Shown: positions 11,912 to 24,524, counted from the whole stretch's first letter. The stretch is 63,871 nt of DNA, filler included, from Octopus bimaculoides (GCF_001194135.2; 5 parts of 4 records of this genome joined end to end with filler, not necessarily neighbours in it), one strand, 5' to 3'. The notes: a model not told the origin generated them from the sequence alone. A program made the numbers and translations.

Positions 11912-12450
11912 ATTGTTGGATGTTACTAAACTCCATGACACTCACACCTTGAGATATTGGTTATTTTTATGACTTAAATCCAACAAGACTTATTTGAATT
12001 GTTGTGAACTCTAGTAGTTAGTATGAAGAATTAGCTAGTGTGAATTTTAAGTCATAATTCTCTACGACAAAAAAACTTTACTTTCCAATTGTACTATAAA
12101 TGCTAAATGTACATAAATAAACTATTGTAGTAATTATTTTTTCTTTCTTCACGTTCTTCAACTTGTTAATGAAATTTATTTCTGCAATTATGAAACTGCG
12201 TATTTTTTTTTTTTTTTTTAGCGGTTAAAAGAACACAAATTTAGTAATCTTCAACATACATGCACGCATAAAATGTCCATTAGTGTTTTAGAATGTATAT
12301 TTCTTGCTATGGCGTTTATATAGCTTGAGTCAGGATTTATGTATAATGATAACATTTGTGAATAAGTTATAAGTGACGGGTTTATCAATATATTTCCTAC
12401 TTCGAAAGTAAAATATATTTATTATCTATATTAATAATAATGATGATAAT

Positions 12451-12812
12451 AACAAGAGCACTCTCAGAGAGCACAAACCTCCTCCAAGGCAACACCAACG
12501 TCCACTCAACGATTAGCCGGAGATGATTTTTAAAATGAGAATATCTGAAATAAAATCGACTGCTCTCAGAAACAGGAATACTAAAAATGAACCTGACTGC
12601 TCTCAAAAATTAAGTAATAAACAGGAAAAATAATCCAGAATCCTTGTCCGGTACCAGATTGATCCCAAAATCTAATCAGTGTGTGCCAGTCATGATGCTA
12701 AACATCCCTGAAAGTTTCATTCGAATTCATCCAGCAGTTCTTGAGATATTTTGTCCATGGACAAACAAACAAACATGACTGTAAACAATACCTCTGCCTT
12801 CACCAAGGTGGA

Positions 12813-12815
<3 letters not shown>
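12451..12815. mobile_element. HINE/DINE-1-like element, copy 2 (3' hairpin retained)
   Basis: Ends cctctgcctt-cacc-aaggtggagg hairpin; 5' end carries related aaacctcctccaaggc; flanked by taa repeats. Confidence 0.6.
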
Positions 12816-12864
<49 letters not shown>

Positions 12865-12874
<10 letters not shown>

Positions 12875-13715
12875 GTGCAGAGAAGAATAAAAGTTGAGAA
12901 AGAGGAGAGACAAGCAGCAGTAGCAGAAAATGGTAATGAAGGGCTAAGAGAAATGAAGAATATGAAAAAGAAGGAAATCACTGTCTGAGATTGTTCATGA
13001 AGTAAATAGTGAAGATGATTTATCTGGACAAATGACAGTAAATGCTGTACAAGACTTGAATGATGAAGAGAAGGAGATTCTAGAAATGCTGCAAAGTAAA
13101 ATGTGTGACAGGAACAATGAAGTACCAGCAAATGTCAGATTTATGAACAGAGCGAAAGTAAGGAGAAGCACTGCCAAAGTAAGTGGCGTTTGGAGCTTGA
13201 TTAGAACAGAAAATAGTGAAGCAAAACAGCAAATCATAGCTGCTGCTAATGCTGTAGCTGATATGATAGGATGCAAGCAGAACACTGAAGAAATGAAAGG
13301 AAGGAACCAAACTGAAGGAAGATAATATGAATGAAGTTGGAAAAGACATGGCAAGAACTGGGGCAATTGAATAGGATAACGAGAGGAGAGCTGAAGAGTG
13401 AGGTAGTAATCAGAAAATTGAATGAACAGGACAGGTAAGAAGAAAGGTGTAAGCAAACAATACATGAAGAATTCTTACAAAGGGTGACAGAGTTAAAAGC
13501 CAAATTGAAAAGATATGATGCAAGATGCAAAGGTTTTGAACAGAATAGACTGTTGCAATCAAATAGATGACATCTTTTTAAGGAAACAGAGGGGGACCAA
13601 CGTTAGGAATTGATTCCTGGTGTGGAAGAAGGTAAAATATTTAGGGAGAACAGTGGAACGACCTGGTAAGACATAAAGCAAGTGCAGAGTGGCTAACACA
13701 GGTGAGCTGGAAAAA
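12865..13715 (+). pseudogene. R4/Dong LINE ORF fragment upstream of the RT domain
   Basis: LQRVTELKAKLKRYDARCKGFEQNRLLQSN and IIAAANAVADMIG are typical of this region; the fragment starts directly after (TAA)n. Confidence 0.7.
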
Positions 13716-13719
13716 TCAT

Positions 13720-14085
13720 TAGCATGAGCAGAAGTAGTTGGGGAGCATCATAGCCATGTGCCGAGAGGAATCATTTGGGGTTTGGATAATTCACCTCTGG
13801 AAATATGGGTGTTTCATTCAACATCCTTAAACTCCCCTTATTCAGGAACCTTTTGAGCTGGATGGGCTACTTAACCTGATGAAAATTCTAAATGGGCTCC
13901 ACCTGCAAGGTCATGCGCTGTTTATCTTGATATGAGATCACCATGTCACGCACATGTGGCTGTGATGCATGTGCCTAGTGTGCCCTTACCAGACGGGTAT
14001 ATTGGGCTTTGTATATTTGCACCCCAGTGTCATTTTGATGGCATGCACTGTTCTTTCACACAATAATAGTAATAATAATAATAAT
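13720..14085 (+). mobile_element. Non-coding interspersed repeat family C ending in (TAA)n
   Basis: Colinear with 45230-45590 and 45950-46235. Confidence 0.75.
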
Positions 14086-14114
14086 GATAATGATAATAAT
14101 AATAAGAAGAAGAA

Positions 14115-14817
14115 TACACAAATTGTCTTTACCTACCCTGAGATCAAGGAAGTTGAGGCTTGATTCAATTTGAAATCTCTTACAAAACCACCACAATTGG
14201 ACTGGCAAAATATCAAGCACCACCCTGAGGCTGTAACTGAGGGAGAAAATGTAACAATTCTTTGGGACTTCCCAGTATGTACAGACCAGACCATCAAAAC
14301 AAATAAACCAGATATTATTGTGAAAGACCAAAACAATAAAGTCTGTTTATTGATTGACATGAGCAAACTCTGTGACCATAATATCTCAGCAAAAGAATGT
14401 GATAAGCTCAGAAAATATAAAGATCTGCTAATTGAAAAGATGTGGCATCTCAAGACGGTTACAGTACCAGTGATTGGAATGATTAAAAAAGGAACTGAAA
14501 CTCATTTAAGAATGATGCTTGGCTTACCATGCATGCAGGAAGGGCAAAACATTGTCTTAACTGGCAACTGGTCACACGTATTGAGAAGAACATTGTCCCT
14601 GTGGATTTTCTCTCCTTTCCCCCCCCCCCTTTATTTTCTTTGTTTAGTTATTTATTTTTTATTTTTTTACTTTTTCTCTATCACATGACTTTGTAAATGA
14701 ACAATCTGCTGTGTTTATTTTAGTGGTCTACCAATGTATGCAGTGCATTTCTCTGCCCTAGGTGTCAGGAAGGCACTCCACAAGAAATGGAAATAGAATT
14801 GAAAGATGATAATGAAA

Positions 14818-14863
<46 letters not shown>

Positions 14864-14880
14864 AATAATAATAATAACAA
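14115..14880 (+). pseudogene. R4/Dong LINE restriction-like endonuclease domain, 3' UTR and (CAA/TAA)n tail
   Basis: ILWDFPVCTDQTIKTNKPDIIVKD...LLIDMS...KYKDL...VLRRTLSL (PD-D/E-xK type endonuclease). Confidence 0.85.
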
Positions 14881-15128
14881 CAATGATAATAATAATGATA
14901 ACAATTATGCCTGAGCAGCATCTTAGTTCCCCTTTAATGAGTGTAGTGATTAGGAATTAAATGAAGCAGTACAACACCTTCTTGCAGTTGAAAATAAACA
15001 TTCAATATGGCAGAATATCAGAAATATCATTTCAAGTGTGTTTGTAGAGAAAATAAGGTGAAGATGTTTGAGGAGTGGATAAGGGGTCACGAGAAAAGCG
15101 CAGTGTAAGCTGCTGCCAGATATGCACG

Positions 15129-15159
<31 letters not shown>

Positions 15160-16276
15160 ACACGCACACACACACATATATATATATATATGCACATACG
15201 CATCCATATATATATNNNNNNNNNNNNNNNNNNNNNNNNNNNNNNNNNNNNNNNNNNNNNNNNNNNNNNNNNNNNNNNNNNNNNNNNNNNNNNNNNNNNN
15301 NNNNNNNNNNNNNNNNNNNNNNNNNNNNNNNNNNNNNNNNNNNNNNNNNNNNNNNNNNNNNNNNNNNNNNNNNNNNNNNNNNNNNNNNNNNNNNNNNNNN
15401 NNNNNNNNNNNNNNNNNNNNNNNNNNNNNNNNNNNNNNNNNNNNNNNNNNNNNNNNNNNNNNNNNNNNNNNNNNNNNNNNNNNNNNNNNNNNNNNNNNNN
15501 NNNNNNNNNNNNNNNNNNNNNNNNNNNNNNNNNNNNNNNNNNNNNNNNNNNNNNNNNNNNNNNNNNNNNNNNNNNNNNNNNNNNNNNNNNNNNNNNNNNN
15601 NNNNNNNNNNNNNNNNNNNNNNNNNNNNNNNNNNNNNNNNNNNNNNNNNNNNNNNNNNNNNNNNNNNNNNNNNNNNNNNNNNNNNNNNNNNNNNNNNNNN
15701 NNNNNNNNNNNNNNNNNNNNNNNNNNNNNNNNNNNNNNNNNNNNNNNNNNNNNNNNNNNNNNNNNNNNNNNNNNNNNNNNNNNNNNNNNNNNNNNNNNNN
15801 NNNNNNNNNNNNNNNNNNNNNNNNNNNNNNNNNNNNNNNNNNNNNNNNNNNNNNNNNNNNNNNNNNNNNNNNNNNNNNNNNNNNNNNNNNNNNNNNNNNN
15901 NNNNNNNNNNNNNNNNNNNNNNNNNNNNNNNNNNNNNNNNNNNNNNNNNNNNNNNNNNNNNNNNNNNNNNNNNNNNNNNNNNNNNNNNNNNNNNNNNNNN
16001 NNNNNNNNNNNNNNNNNNNNNNNNNNNNNNNNNNNNNNNNNNNNNNNNNNNNNNNNNNNNNNNNNNNNNNNNNNNNNCTGACATTACCAATCTCTTTTGT
16101 TTCTGTTCAACCAAAATTAGGGAATTATCAGTGTTCTTGACATCTCTAATCCCCAGCTGCTTATCTACAACAAAGAGGGAGAGAGAAAAAGAGGGAGAGA
16201 AAGAGAGCGGGAGGTACAAATGCCCAGGAACAGATGTTATAATGCTTGTGTATTTTCCTTGTTTTCACCTTTTGTT

Positions 16277-16319
<43 letters not shown>

Positions 16320-16984
16320 TTTAATTTTACCCTCAAGTGATTCATGATTGATGAAGATGTTGTCACTGATTAAATCAAGAGGACAAGGAACTACGAAGAG
16401 AGAAGAGTCATGGTTTCAAATTCCATCGTAGTTACTTTTGCAGAGCCCAAAGCTAACCCAAATATTGCAGATCACCTAAAAAACAGTGTGGTACCCCTTA
16501 TGTTGAGCCTTTGTTCTTTTATCTCTTTTAGTTAGAAGAATCAACAATGCTTATGAACTTTTTCAAGGTCTTCAAGACTTGTGGGGTAGGGAAGGGAGCT
16601 GGATGGTATCCTCAAACTAGGGACTCCATCCAAATTCTTCCAAAAGGACAAACTTCTTCCAGAAGAATGAAATTCTTCCAAAAGAGTGAAATTCTCTGCT
16701 AAAGTCCCTCAAGCAACTAGATGGTTGGAGATAAAGATGACAGAGTAAGTTCAAGCACCCAAGTAGGCTATAATAGAATTTGAACTTGGAATGCAAAGGG
16801 CCAAGACAAACATCACAAGGCATCCTGATGTCGAAAGTTCTCACCATTTCATCATTCAACTGCCCAATACCGATTCTTTCTTGATCCCTAAAGGTGGTGG
16901 GATTTGACTTGTTCTGTATTTTATCAACCCTTGAAAGGAGGAAACGTGAAATTGACTCTGTTCAGATTTGATCTCAGAATGTCT

Positions 16985-17215
16985 ATTATCCTTTTACTTG
17001 TTTCAGACATTAGACCATGGCCATACTGGGGCACTGCCTTGAAGCATTTTAATCGAGTGAATCGCCCACAGGACTTTTGTTCTTTTAAAGCCTGCTACTT
17101 ATTTTATTGGTCTCTTTTGTAAAACTGCTAAGTTATAGGGATGTAAATACATCAACACCGGTTATGAAGCACTGGTGAGGGGGCAAACACAAATGCAAGC
17201 ACACACACACACTCA
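16985..17215 (-). mobile_element. SINE family D, 3' half (diverged)
   Basis: gtttcagacattagaccatggccatactgg...ctgctaagttatagggatgtaaatacatcaacaccggtt. Confidence 0.65.
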
Positions 17216-17243
17216 CATATTCACATGCATATTCACACACATA

Positions 17244-17460
17244 TGAGGGAGTACTGAAAAGTTTCTGGCTTTAAGGGTATCACAAAAGGCCTAATTGGAG
17301 GACCAAACTTCTGAGTTCTTTTATAGGGCTTAGAAACACTGAAGGACTGCTGCAATACATGTGTGACTCTGAGAGGGGAATATGTTGAATAAAATCGTAA
17401 TTAACTGATCTGTCTGTATTTTCTTTTATCCAAACCCAGGAATTTTTCAGTACTCCCATG
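17244..17460. mobile_element. Mariner-derived MITE, copy 1
   Basis: TA|tgagggagtactgaaaagtttctgg ... ccaggaatttttcagtactcccatg|TA; an internal remnant reads like a transposase end (LRGEYVE*). Confidence 0.85.
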
Positions 17461-17534
17461 TATTGTCAGCTGCCATGATCAACCACTAGCCACTAAAGCC
17501 CTTTTTATTCTCTCTCTGTTTATTTTTTTGTATT

Positions 17535-17640
17535 CCTTTCTATCGAAGAGCATAGGCTCAAAGCATAAAAGACTTTCTCACCTTCCCAAGCATTAAACTA
17601 ATACACCTGTCTTTGTCTTTTGTTTTTTGTAAATTCAAAC
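17535..17640 (+). mobile_element. Decayed copy of the hammerhead-bearing repeat at 18349
   Basis: cctttctatcgaagagcataggctcaaagcataaaagacttt aligns to ctttctgttgaagagcgtagctcgaaacgtcaaagacttt. Confidence 0.6.
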
Positions 17641-18358
17641 TATTCTCTTCCTCTCTTTCTCTTCCTCTCTTTCTCTTCCTCTCTTTCTCCCCCCATACCC
17701 ACCTTCCCCCTCTCTCAATCCCCCTTCCCTCTCTTATNNNNNNNNNNNNNNNNNNNNNNNNNNNNNNNNNNNNNNNNNNNNNNNNNNNNNNNNNNNNNNN
17801 NNNNNNNNNNNNNNNNNNNNNNNNNNNNNNNNNNNNNNNNNNNNNNNNNNNNNNNNNNNNNNNNNNNNNNNNNNNNNNNNNNNNNNNNNNNNNNNNNNNN
17901 NNNNNNNNNNNNNNNNNNNNNNNNNNNNNNNNNNNNNNNNNNNNNNNNNNNNNNNNNNNNNNNNNNNNNNNNNNNNNNNNNNNNNNNNNNNNNNNNNNNN
18001 NNNNNNNNNNNNNNNNNNNNNNNNNNNNNNNNNNNNNNNNNNNNNNNNNNNNNNNNNNNNNNNNNNNNNNNNNNNNNNNNNNNNNNNNNNNNNNNNNNNN
18101 NNNNNNNNNNNNNNNNNNNNNNNNNNNNNNNNNNNNNNNNNNNNNNNNNNNNNNNNNNNNNNNNNNNNNNNNNNNNNNNNNNNNNNNNNNNNNNNNNNNN
18201 NNNNNNNNNNNNNNNNNNNNNNNNNNNNNNNNNNNNNNNNNNNNNNNNNNNNNNNNNNNNNNNNNNNNNNNNNNNNNNNNNNNNNNNNNNNNNNNNNNNN
18301 NNNNNNNNNNNNNNNNNNNNNNNNNNNNNNNNNNNNNNNNNNNNNNNNGTCTCCGTAT

Positions 18359-18395
18359 TCTTTCTGTTGAAGAGCGTAGCTCGAAACGTCAAAGA
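18359..18395 (+). ncRNA. Minimal type I hammerhead-ribozyme-like motif (A6U variant)
   Basis: Stem I tcttt/aaaga; core CTGTTGA plus one extra A; stem II gagc-gta-gctc; GAA; palindromic ACGT stem III; cleavage triplet GTC. Confidence 0.6.
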
Positions 18396-18617
18396 CTTTC
18401 CGTATTCCCGAGCGTCATACTAATATATACTTTTGTTATTTACACCACCTGTCCTCGTCTGTTGTTATTTTTTGTATATTCTCCCATATATATATATATA
18501 TATATATTCAAATAAGTAAACCATAATATCATGAATAGCAAAAGTGAAACCGGTCGATATATCAAAAATTATATTAAAACTATGTAAAGTGTGTGTATTT
18601 TCCTTTTTTTTATTTCT

Positions 18618-18679
<62 letters not shown>

Positions 18680-19064
18680 AACAAATTAAGCAGAAAATGA
18701 AGAAAATTCTTGATCAACAGACAAATTAACTACCATCGATTATTATTTTTTTTAATACAAAACTTTAACATTTCTAACAGCCATTTCTGCTTCCAATGCC
18801 TGTCAGCACTGCCAAAGAAAATTCTAAGAATAATATTCATCATATTCTATAGCACATCCAATCTGGTACATGGAGCTTCATCAGAGTGAACTCTCATTTG
18901 TTTTGTTATTACCTGTATCCAATGAGCATAGCATGCTTGCATATGCATGCCCAGGGCTAAAATAGGTAATTTATAACGGTAGGAAAAACAGATATTCCTA
19001 TCCCTTAGACAGTTGTTCAAACCGCTAACTCTACTGACCTATATTCTTTTATTCTTTTAACTGT

Positions 19065-19260
19065 TTCAATCATTTGACTGCAGCCATGCTGGAGCACCAC
19101 CTTTAGTCGAACAAATCGACCCCAGGATTTATTCCTTGTAAGCCTAGTGCTTATTCCATCAGTCTCTTTTGCTGAACCACTAGGTTACATGGACATAAAC
19201 ACACCAACATCAGTTGTCAAGCGATGGTGTTGGGACAAACACAGACACAAATAACAAACA
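19065..19260 (-). mobile_element. SINE family D, 3' half
   Basis: Near-identical to 5733-5935. Confidence 0.8.
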
Positions 19261-19271
19261 GACGCATGCAT

Positions 19272-19328
<57 letters not shown>

Positions 19329-20105
19329 NNNNNNNNNNNNNNNNNNNNNNNNNNNNNNNNNNNNNNNNNNNNNNNNNNNNNNNNNNNNNNNNNNNNNNNN
19401 NNNNNNNNNNNNNNNNNNNNNNNNNNNNNNNNNNNNNNNNNNNNNNNNNNNNNNNNNNNNNNNNNNNNNNNNNNNNNNNNNNNNNNNNNNNNNNNNNNNN
19501 NNNNNNNNNNNNNNNNNNNNNNNNNNNNNNNNNNNNNNNNNNNNNNNNNNNNNNNNNNNNNNNNNNNNNNNNNNNNNNNNNNNNNNNNNNNNNNNNNNNN
19601 NNNNNNNNNNNNNNNNNNNNNNNNNNNNNNNNNNNNNNNNNNNNNNNNNNNNNNNNNNNNNNNNNNNNNNNNNNNNNNNNNNNNNNNNNNNNNNNNNNNN
19701 NNNNNNNNNNNNNNNNNNNNNNNNNNNNNNNNNNNNNNNNNNNNNNNNNNNNNNNNNNNNNNNNNNNNNNNNNNNNNNNNNNNNNNNNNNNNNNNNNNNN
19801 NNNNNNNNNNNNNNNNNNNNNNNNNNNNNNNNNNNNNNNNNNNNNNNNNNNNNNNNNNNNNNNNNNNNNNNNNNNNNNNNNNNNNNNNNNNNNNNNNNNN
19901 NNNNNNNNNNNNNNNNNNNNNNNNNNNNNNNNNNNNNNNNNNNNNNNNNNNNNNNNNNNNNNNNNNNNNNNNNNNNNNNNNNNNNNNNNNNNNNNNNNNN
20001 NNNNNNNNNNNNNNNNNNNNNNNNNNNNNNNNNNNNNNNNNNNNAAAAACAGAAAAAAGAAGACGACAGAAAGAAAAGGAAGGAAAAAGAGAGAATGAAG
20101 AATAT

Positions 20106-20480
20106 TTAATCAAACACTTTTGTATAAATTTGATGATATTCTCCTATCATCTTATTCATTCCTCCAGGGCGTGATGTTAATAACCCGCAAACAAATTTCT
20201 TCTCATACATTCTGAGAAGTGAAAGTGGAGCAGATTCAGAATATTTTCTGAGAATATGCATTTTCGAGTCTTCTTCAAAATTGCAGCCGCTTGAAACGAA
20301 ATGTTCAGCAAGTTCTGTTGAACTACTATTCTTGTGCCCATTAAACCTTTTGTTTAATCGTTCTGTTGTACAACCAACATAAATTAAGCTGTGTAAGCGT
20401 GCCCAAACAAGTCGAATGCTTACACAGCAGGTTTTACAGCCACATCATCCAAACAGACTGCATGAAACCGGGCTTAGCTG
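20106..20480 (-). pseudogene. Penelope-like element GIY-YIG endonuclease fragment (absent from the ORF track)
   Basis: Open frame 20444->20106: CGCKTC...LIYVGCTTERLNKRFNGHKNSSSTELAEHF...YEKKFVCGLLTSRPGGMN...*. Confidence 0.8.
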
Positions 20481-20879
20481 CTAGTATATATGTATATATA
20501 TGCGCGCGCGTGTGTGTGTGTGTGTGTACATATGTTCGTATGTATGTATGAATATATGAATGGATGTATAGCTTTATATTTCTACGCATACATATATAAA
20601 AAGTGTGAGAGGGAGTTACGATGTTTCACTTTAATATGTTAAGATATGTGAGGCTGATAAATAGACAAATAAAATCTAGTTGGAGAAAAAAAACTGTAGG
20701 TGGAAGCCTACAGAAAACGTAAAACAAATTGAAAATATGTTCACTGTCTCTGCTCTGAGCAATAAAGTAACTGAAAAATGTGTAAACACAAACACACAAA
20801 AGTGCATCTACAAACATGCACACATATGTGCACATATATGTGTACACACACATATTATACATACATGAAAAATACATAT

Positions 20880-21073
20880 ATTTATAATATCATTAGTGCT
20901 TTAGCGTTCACTTTTCCATATGTGTGTGTGTATGCATGTATATATATGTGTGTGTGTGTGTGTGCGTGTGTCCATATATATTTATGATAAATATATACAT
21001 GTGTGTGTGTGTATATACATATATATATACATATACACATATATATATGTATATATGAATTCATATATGTATG

Positions 21074-21113
<40 letters not shown>

Positions 21114-21221
21114 TACATATATATATACATATATATATATGTGTATATATATATGTATGAATATATGTATATACATATGTATATATATATATATATGTAT
21201 ATATATGTATTTATATATGTG

Positions 21222-21273
<52 letters not shown>

Positions 21274-21345
21274 CATGTATATATACATGCATACATACTT
21301 ATACATATATATGTATACATATGTATGTATGTATGTATGCATGCA
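20880..21345. repeat. Degenerate (TA)n/(TG)n tract
   Basis: Direct inspection. Confidence 0.9.
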
Positions 21346-21659
21346 GTAATAGCAAAAGCTGCATATAAAGGTGGCTGGTTAATGGGCCTCAATAACTCCA
21401 TACACAGCAAATAAGCCGTAGTATATCTGTAGGGTTTATGTGTTAACTGATGCCAAAATGATGCCAGAATTCCTACTACATGTCTTCTGGTTACTTGTGA
21501 TAGTTGTAACTTTGACGGAATTGGCTCAAGGCTTCCATTTAACATTCACAATAGTTTTTTTGACAACAAGCCAACACACAGAAATCTAATTACTTTCAGT
21601 TATGCCTTTACTTATCAACTACACTCTCCTCAAACATTCTCACTTCTGAAATGTGGGCC

Positions 21660-21762
21660 ATCTCTCTCTCTCTCTATCTGTTTTTGTCTGTCTGTCAATC
21701 TCTGTCTCTGTCTCTGTCTGTCTCTTTCTCTGTCTGTCTTGCTGTCTGTCTGTCTGTATCTG

Positions 21763-21800
<38 letters not shown>

Positions 21801-22100
21801 GATCTCTCTCTCTCTGTCTCTCTCTCTCTCTCTCTCCCTCTGTCAATCTCTCTTTCCCTATCCATCTCTCTCTCACTCTGTCTGCCTGTGTCTCTCCCTC
21901 TCTCTCTCTCTCCATCTCTCTCTCCCTCTGTCGATCTCTCTGTCCAAGTACCTCTCTCTCTCACCCTGTCTGTCTGTGTCTTTCCCTCTCTCTCTCTGCT
22001 CTCTCCCTCTGTCAATTTCTCTATCTCTCTCTCTCTCTCACTCCATCTGTCTGTCTGTCTCTTTCTCTCTCATTCTATCTCTTCTATCTCTCTCACTCTG
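21660..22100. repeat. Degenerate (CT)n/(CTGT)n polypyrimidine tract
   Basis: Direct inspection. Confidence 0.9.
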
Positions 22101-22184
22101 TAACATAGTTATCAATAAAGATTTACTATATTTCCACAGCAGATCGTTAGCTAATTTAAATAACTCTAATTTGTGACTGAATTA

Positions 22185-22463
22185 GCTGCTAGAATCGCAG
22201 GTTCTGGCACAGTAATGCCCCGGCACCAGCACCAACATTCGATCCTCAAAAGAAGAGAGACTGGTAAAAAACAAGGCCAAATTCGCTCTCCTCAATTTGG
22301 TTCCCATGTCTATCTCACCTATGGTCAAGAATGCTGGGGAAGGATCCCAAAAATATGATCCAAAAAATATGATCCCAAAAATATGATCCAAAAAATATGA
22401 TCCCAAAAATATGATCACAAGTACAAGCGGCTGAAACAGAGTTCGTCCAAAGGATTTTTGCTG
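22185..22463 (+). pseudogene. RTE LINE RT C-terminal fragment interrupted by a 14-bp tandem array
   Basis: ARIAGSGTVM...KAKFALL...YLTYGQECW...SQVQAAETEFVQRIF across frameshifts (compare the RTE motif LTYG.E.W...QAAEM.FLRR). Confidence 0.65.
22343..22416 (+). repeat. 14-bp tandem repeat with alternating variants (ABABA)
   Basis: gatcccaaaaatat alternates with gatccaaaaaatat. Confidence 0.95.
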
Positions 22464-22464
22464 T

Positions 22465-23065
22465 AGTGGAGGCACATGGCTCAGTGGCATTGTGTTCTCA
22501 AGCAAAACACTTCAAGTCATCCCATCCATGGAACCAGAAACCAACGGTATTAGTTTATATGACTTGGGAGAAACTTTACTTTTTGGGGACACATGGCTTA
22601 ATGGTTAGGGGTGTTGGACTCATGATCATAAAACTGTGATTTCAATTCCTGGACTGGGCAACGTGTTGTGTCCTTGAGCAAGACACCTCATTTCACATTG
22701 TTCCAGTCCACTCAACTGGTGAAAATGAGTAACTGTATGGTGGACTGGTGTCCCATCCAGGTGGGTAATATATATACCCCATGGAATCTGGTAAAACTGG
22801 CCGCTATGAGTCAGCATGACTTGGGAAGCGTGTCGCCAGGGTGTTGGACTTATGATCTTAACATTGTGGTTTCGATTCCTGGGCTGGGTGATGCATTGTG
22901 CTCTTGAGCAAAACCCTTCATTCCATGTTGCTCCAGTCCACTCAGCTGGCAAAAATAGGTTAATCCTGCGACGGATCGGCGTTTTGTTCTGGTGGAAAAT
23001 ATATATGCCACGGAAACTGAGAATCTGGCCCTTATGAGTCTGTATGACTCAAGAAAGAAACTTTG
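22465..23065 (+). mobile_element. Three head-to-tail tRNA-headed SINE copies (CORE-like plus V-like domain)
   Basis: Repeated ttgtgtccttgagcaa...ctccagtccactca.ctg...gatggactgg.gtccc.tccagg and tail atgact.gggagaaacttt. Confidence 0.65.
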
Positions 23066-23074
23066 CCCCTTTTT

Positions 23075-23190
23075 TTTTATAATCATGAAAGGATGAAAGG
23101 CAAAGTTGACCTCAGTAGAATTTGAACTCAGGAATTGTGATGGGCAAAATACCACCAAGCATGCTAACAATTCTGCTTGCTCACCATCTT
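23075..23190 (-). mobile_element. SINE family A, partial
   Basis: aaaggatgaaaggcaaagttgacctcagtagaatttgaactcag. Confidence 0.7.
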
Positions 23191-23200
23191 AATAATAATA

Positions 23201-23780
<580 letters not shown>

Positions 23781-23819
23781 AATGATGATGATAATAATAA
23801 CAACAACAACAACAACAAT

Positions 23820-24230
23820 TCTTGCAAATTTTGGCACAAGGCCAGCAATTCTAGCCCCAGTACTTAACTGGTACTTTATTTTATCAACTCCAGAAGGATG
23901 AAAAGGAAAGTCGACCTGGGTAGAATTTGAACTCAGAACGTAGAGAGAGCTGGAAGAAATGTTGTTAGGTATTTTTTTCCAATGTACTCAGGATTCTGTC
24001 AAGTGTTTCAAATTTTGGTGGAAGGTCAGTGAATTTTTTGAAGTTGGAGGGGGCTGGAGGGGTAGTTAAAGCCATCAGCCTCAGTAGTTGACTGGTTATT
24101 TTATTTTACTGACCCCCCCCCCCCCCACACACAAAATAAAAAGGAGGAATGACATGTTTGACGTCTGTAGAGTTGGCAAGAATGCCACAGCATTTTGTTC
24201 TAATGTCCTCACAATCCTGTCAGCTGGGAT
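23820..24230 (-). mobile_element. Two or more degraded SINE family A copies
   Basis: ggtactttattttatcaactccagaaggatgaaaaggaaagtcgacc. Confidence 0.65.
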
Positions 24231-24309
24231 TGCTTTTATTTTTATTTATATGTAATTCCAGTTTTATTTCATTATTTTAATTTTAATGAATTTCTTTCCA
24301 ATTTTTTAA

Positions 24310-24446
24310 CAGACAGACACAGACAGACAGACACAGACAGACAGACAGACGGACGGACGGACGGACGGACGGATGGACGGACGGACGGATGGACGGACGG
24401 ACAGATAGATAGATAGATAGATAGATTGATTGATTGATGGACACAC

Positions 24447-24479
<33 letters not shown>

Positions 24480-24484
24480 CACAC

Positions 24485-24524
<40 letters not shown>

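Noticed and set aside
11541-11945. ORF N-terminus SNLPKIRIFITAHI resembling the end of ORF 8803-9159
   Set aside because: Not a shared protein domain; both frames read through the 77-bp inverted repeat.
18860-18905. CTGATGA on the minus strand as a hammerhead
   Set aside because: No GAAA or closing stem III in register.
21350-21560. Possible exon (minus [20 protein letters not shown]...; plus [25 protein letters not shown])
   Set aside because: No recognisable family and no convincing splice-site pair.
22343-22416. CRISPR-like array
   Set aside because: No spacers and a eukaryotic context; it is a simple tandem repeat (likewise 45594-45693).
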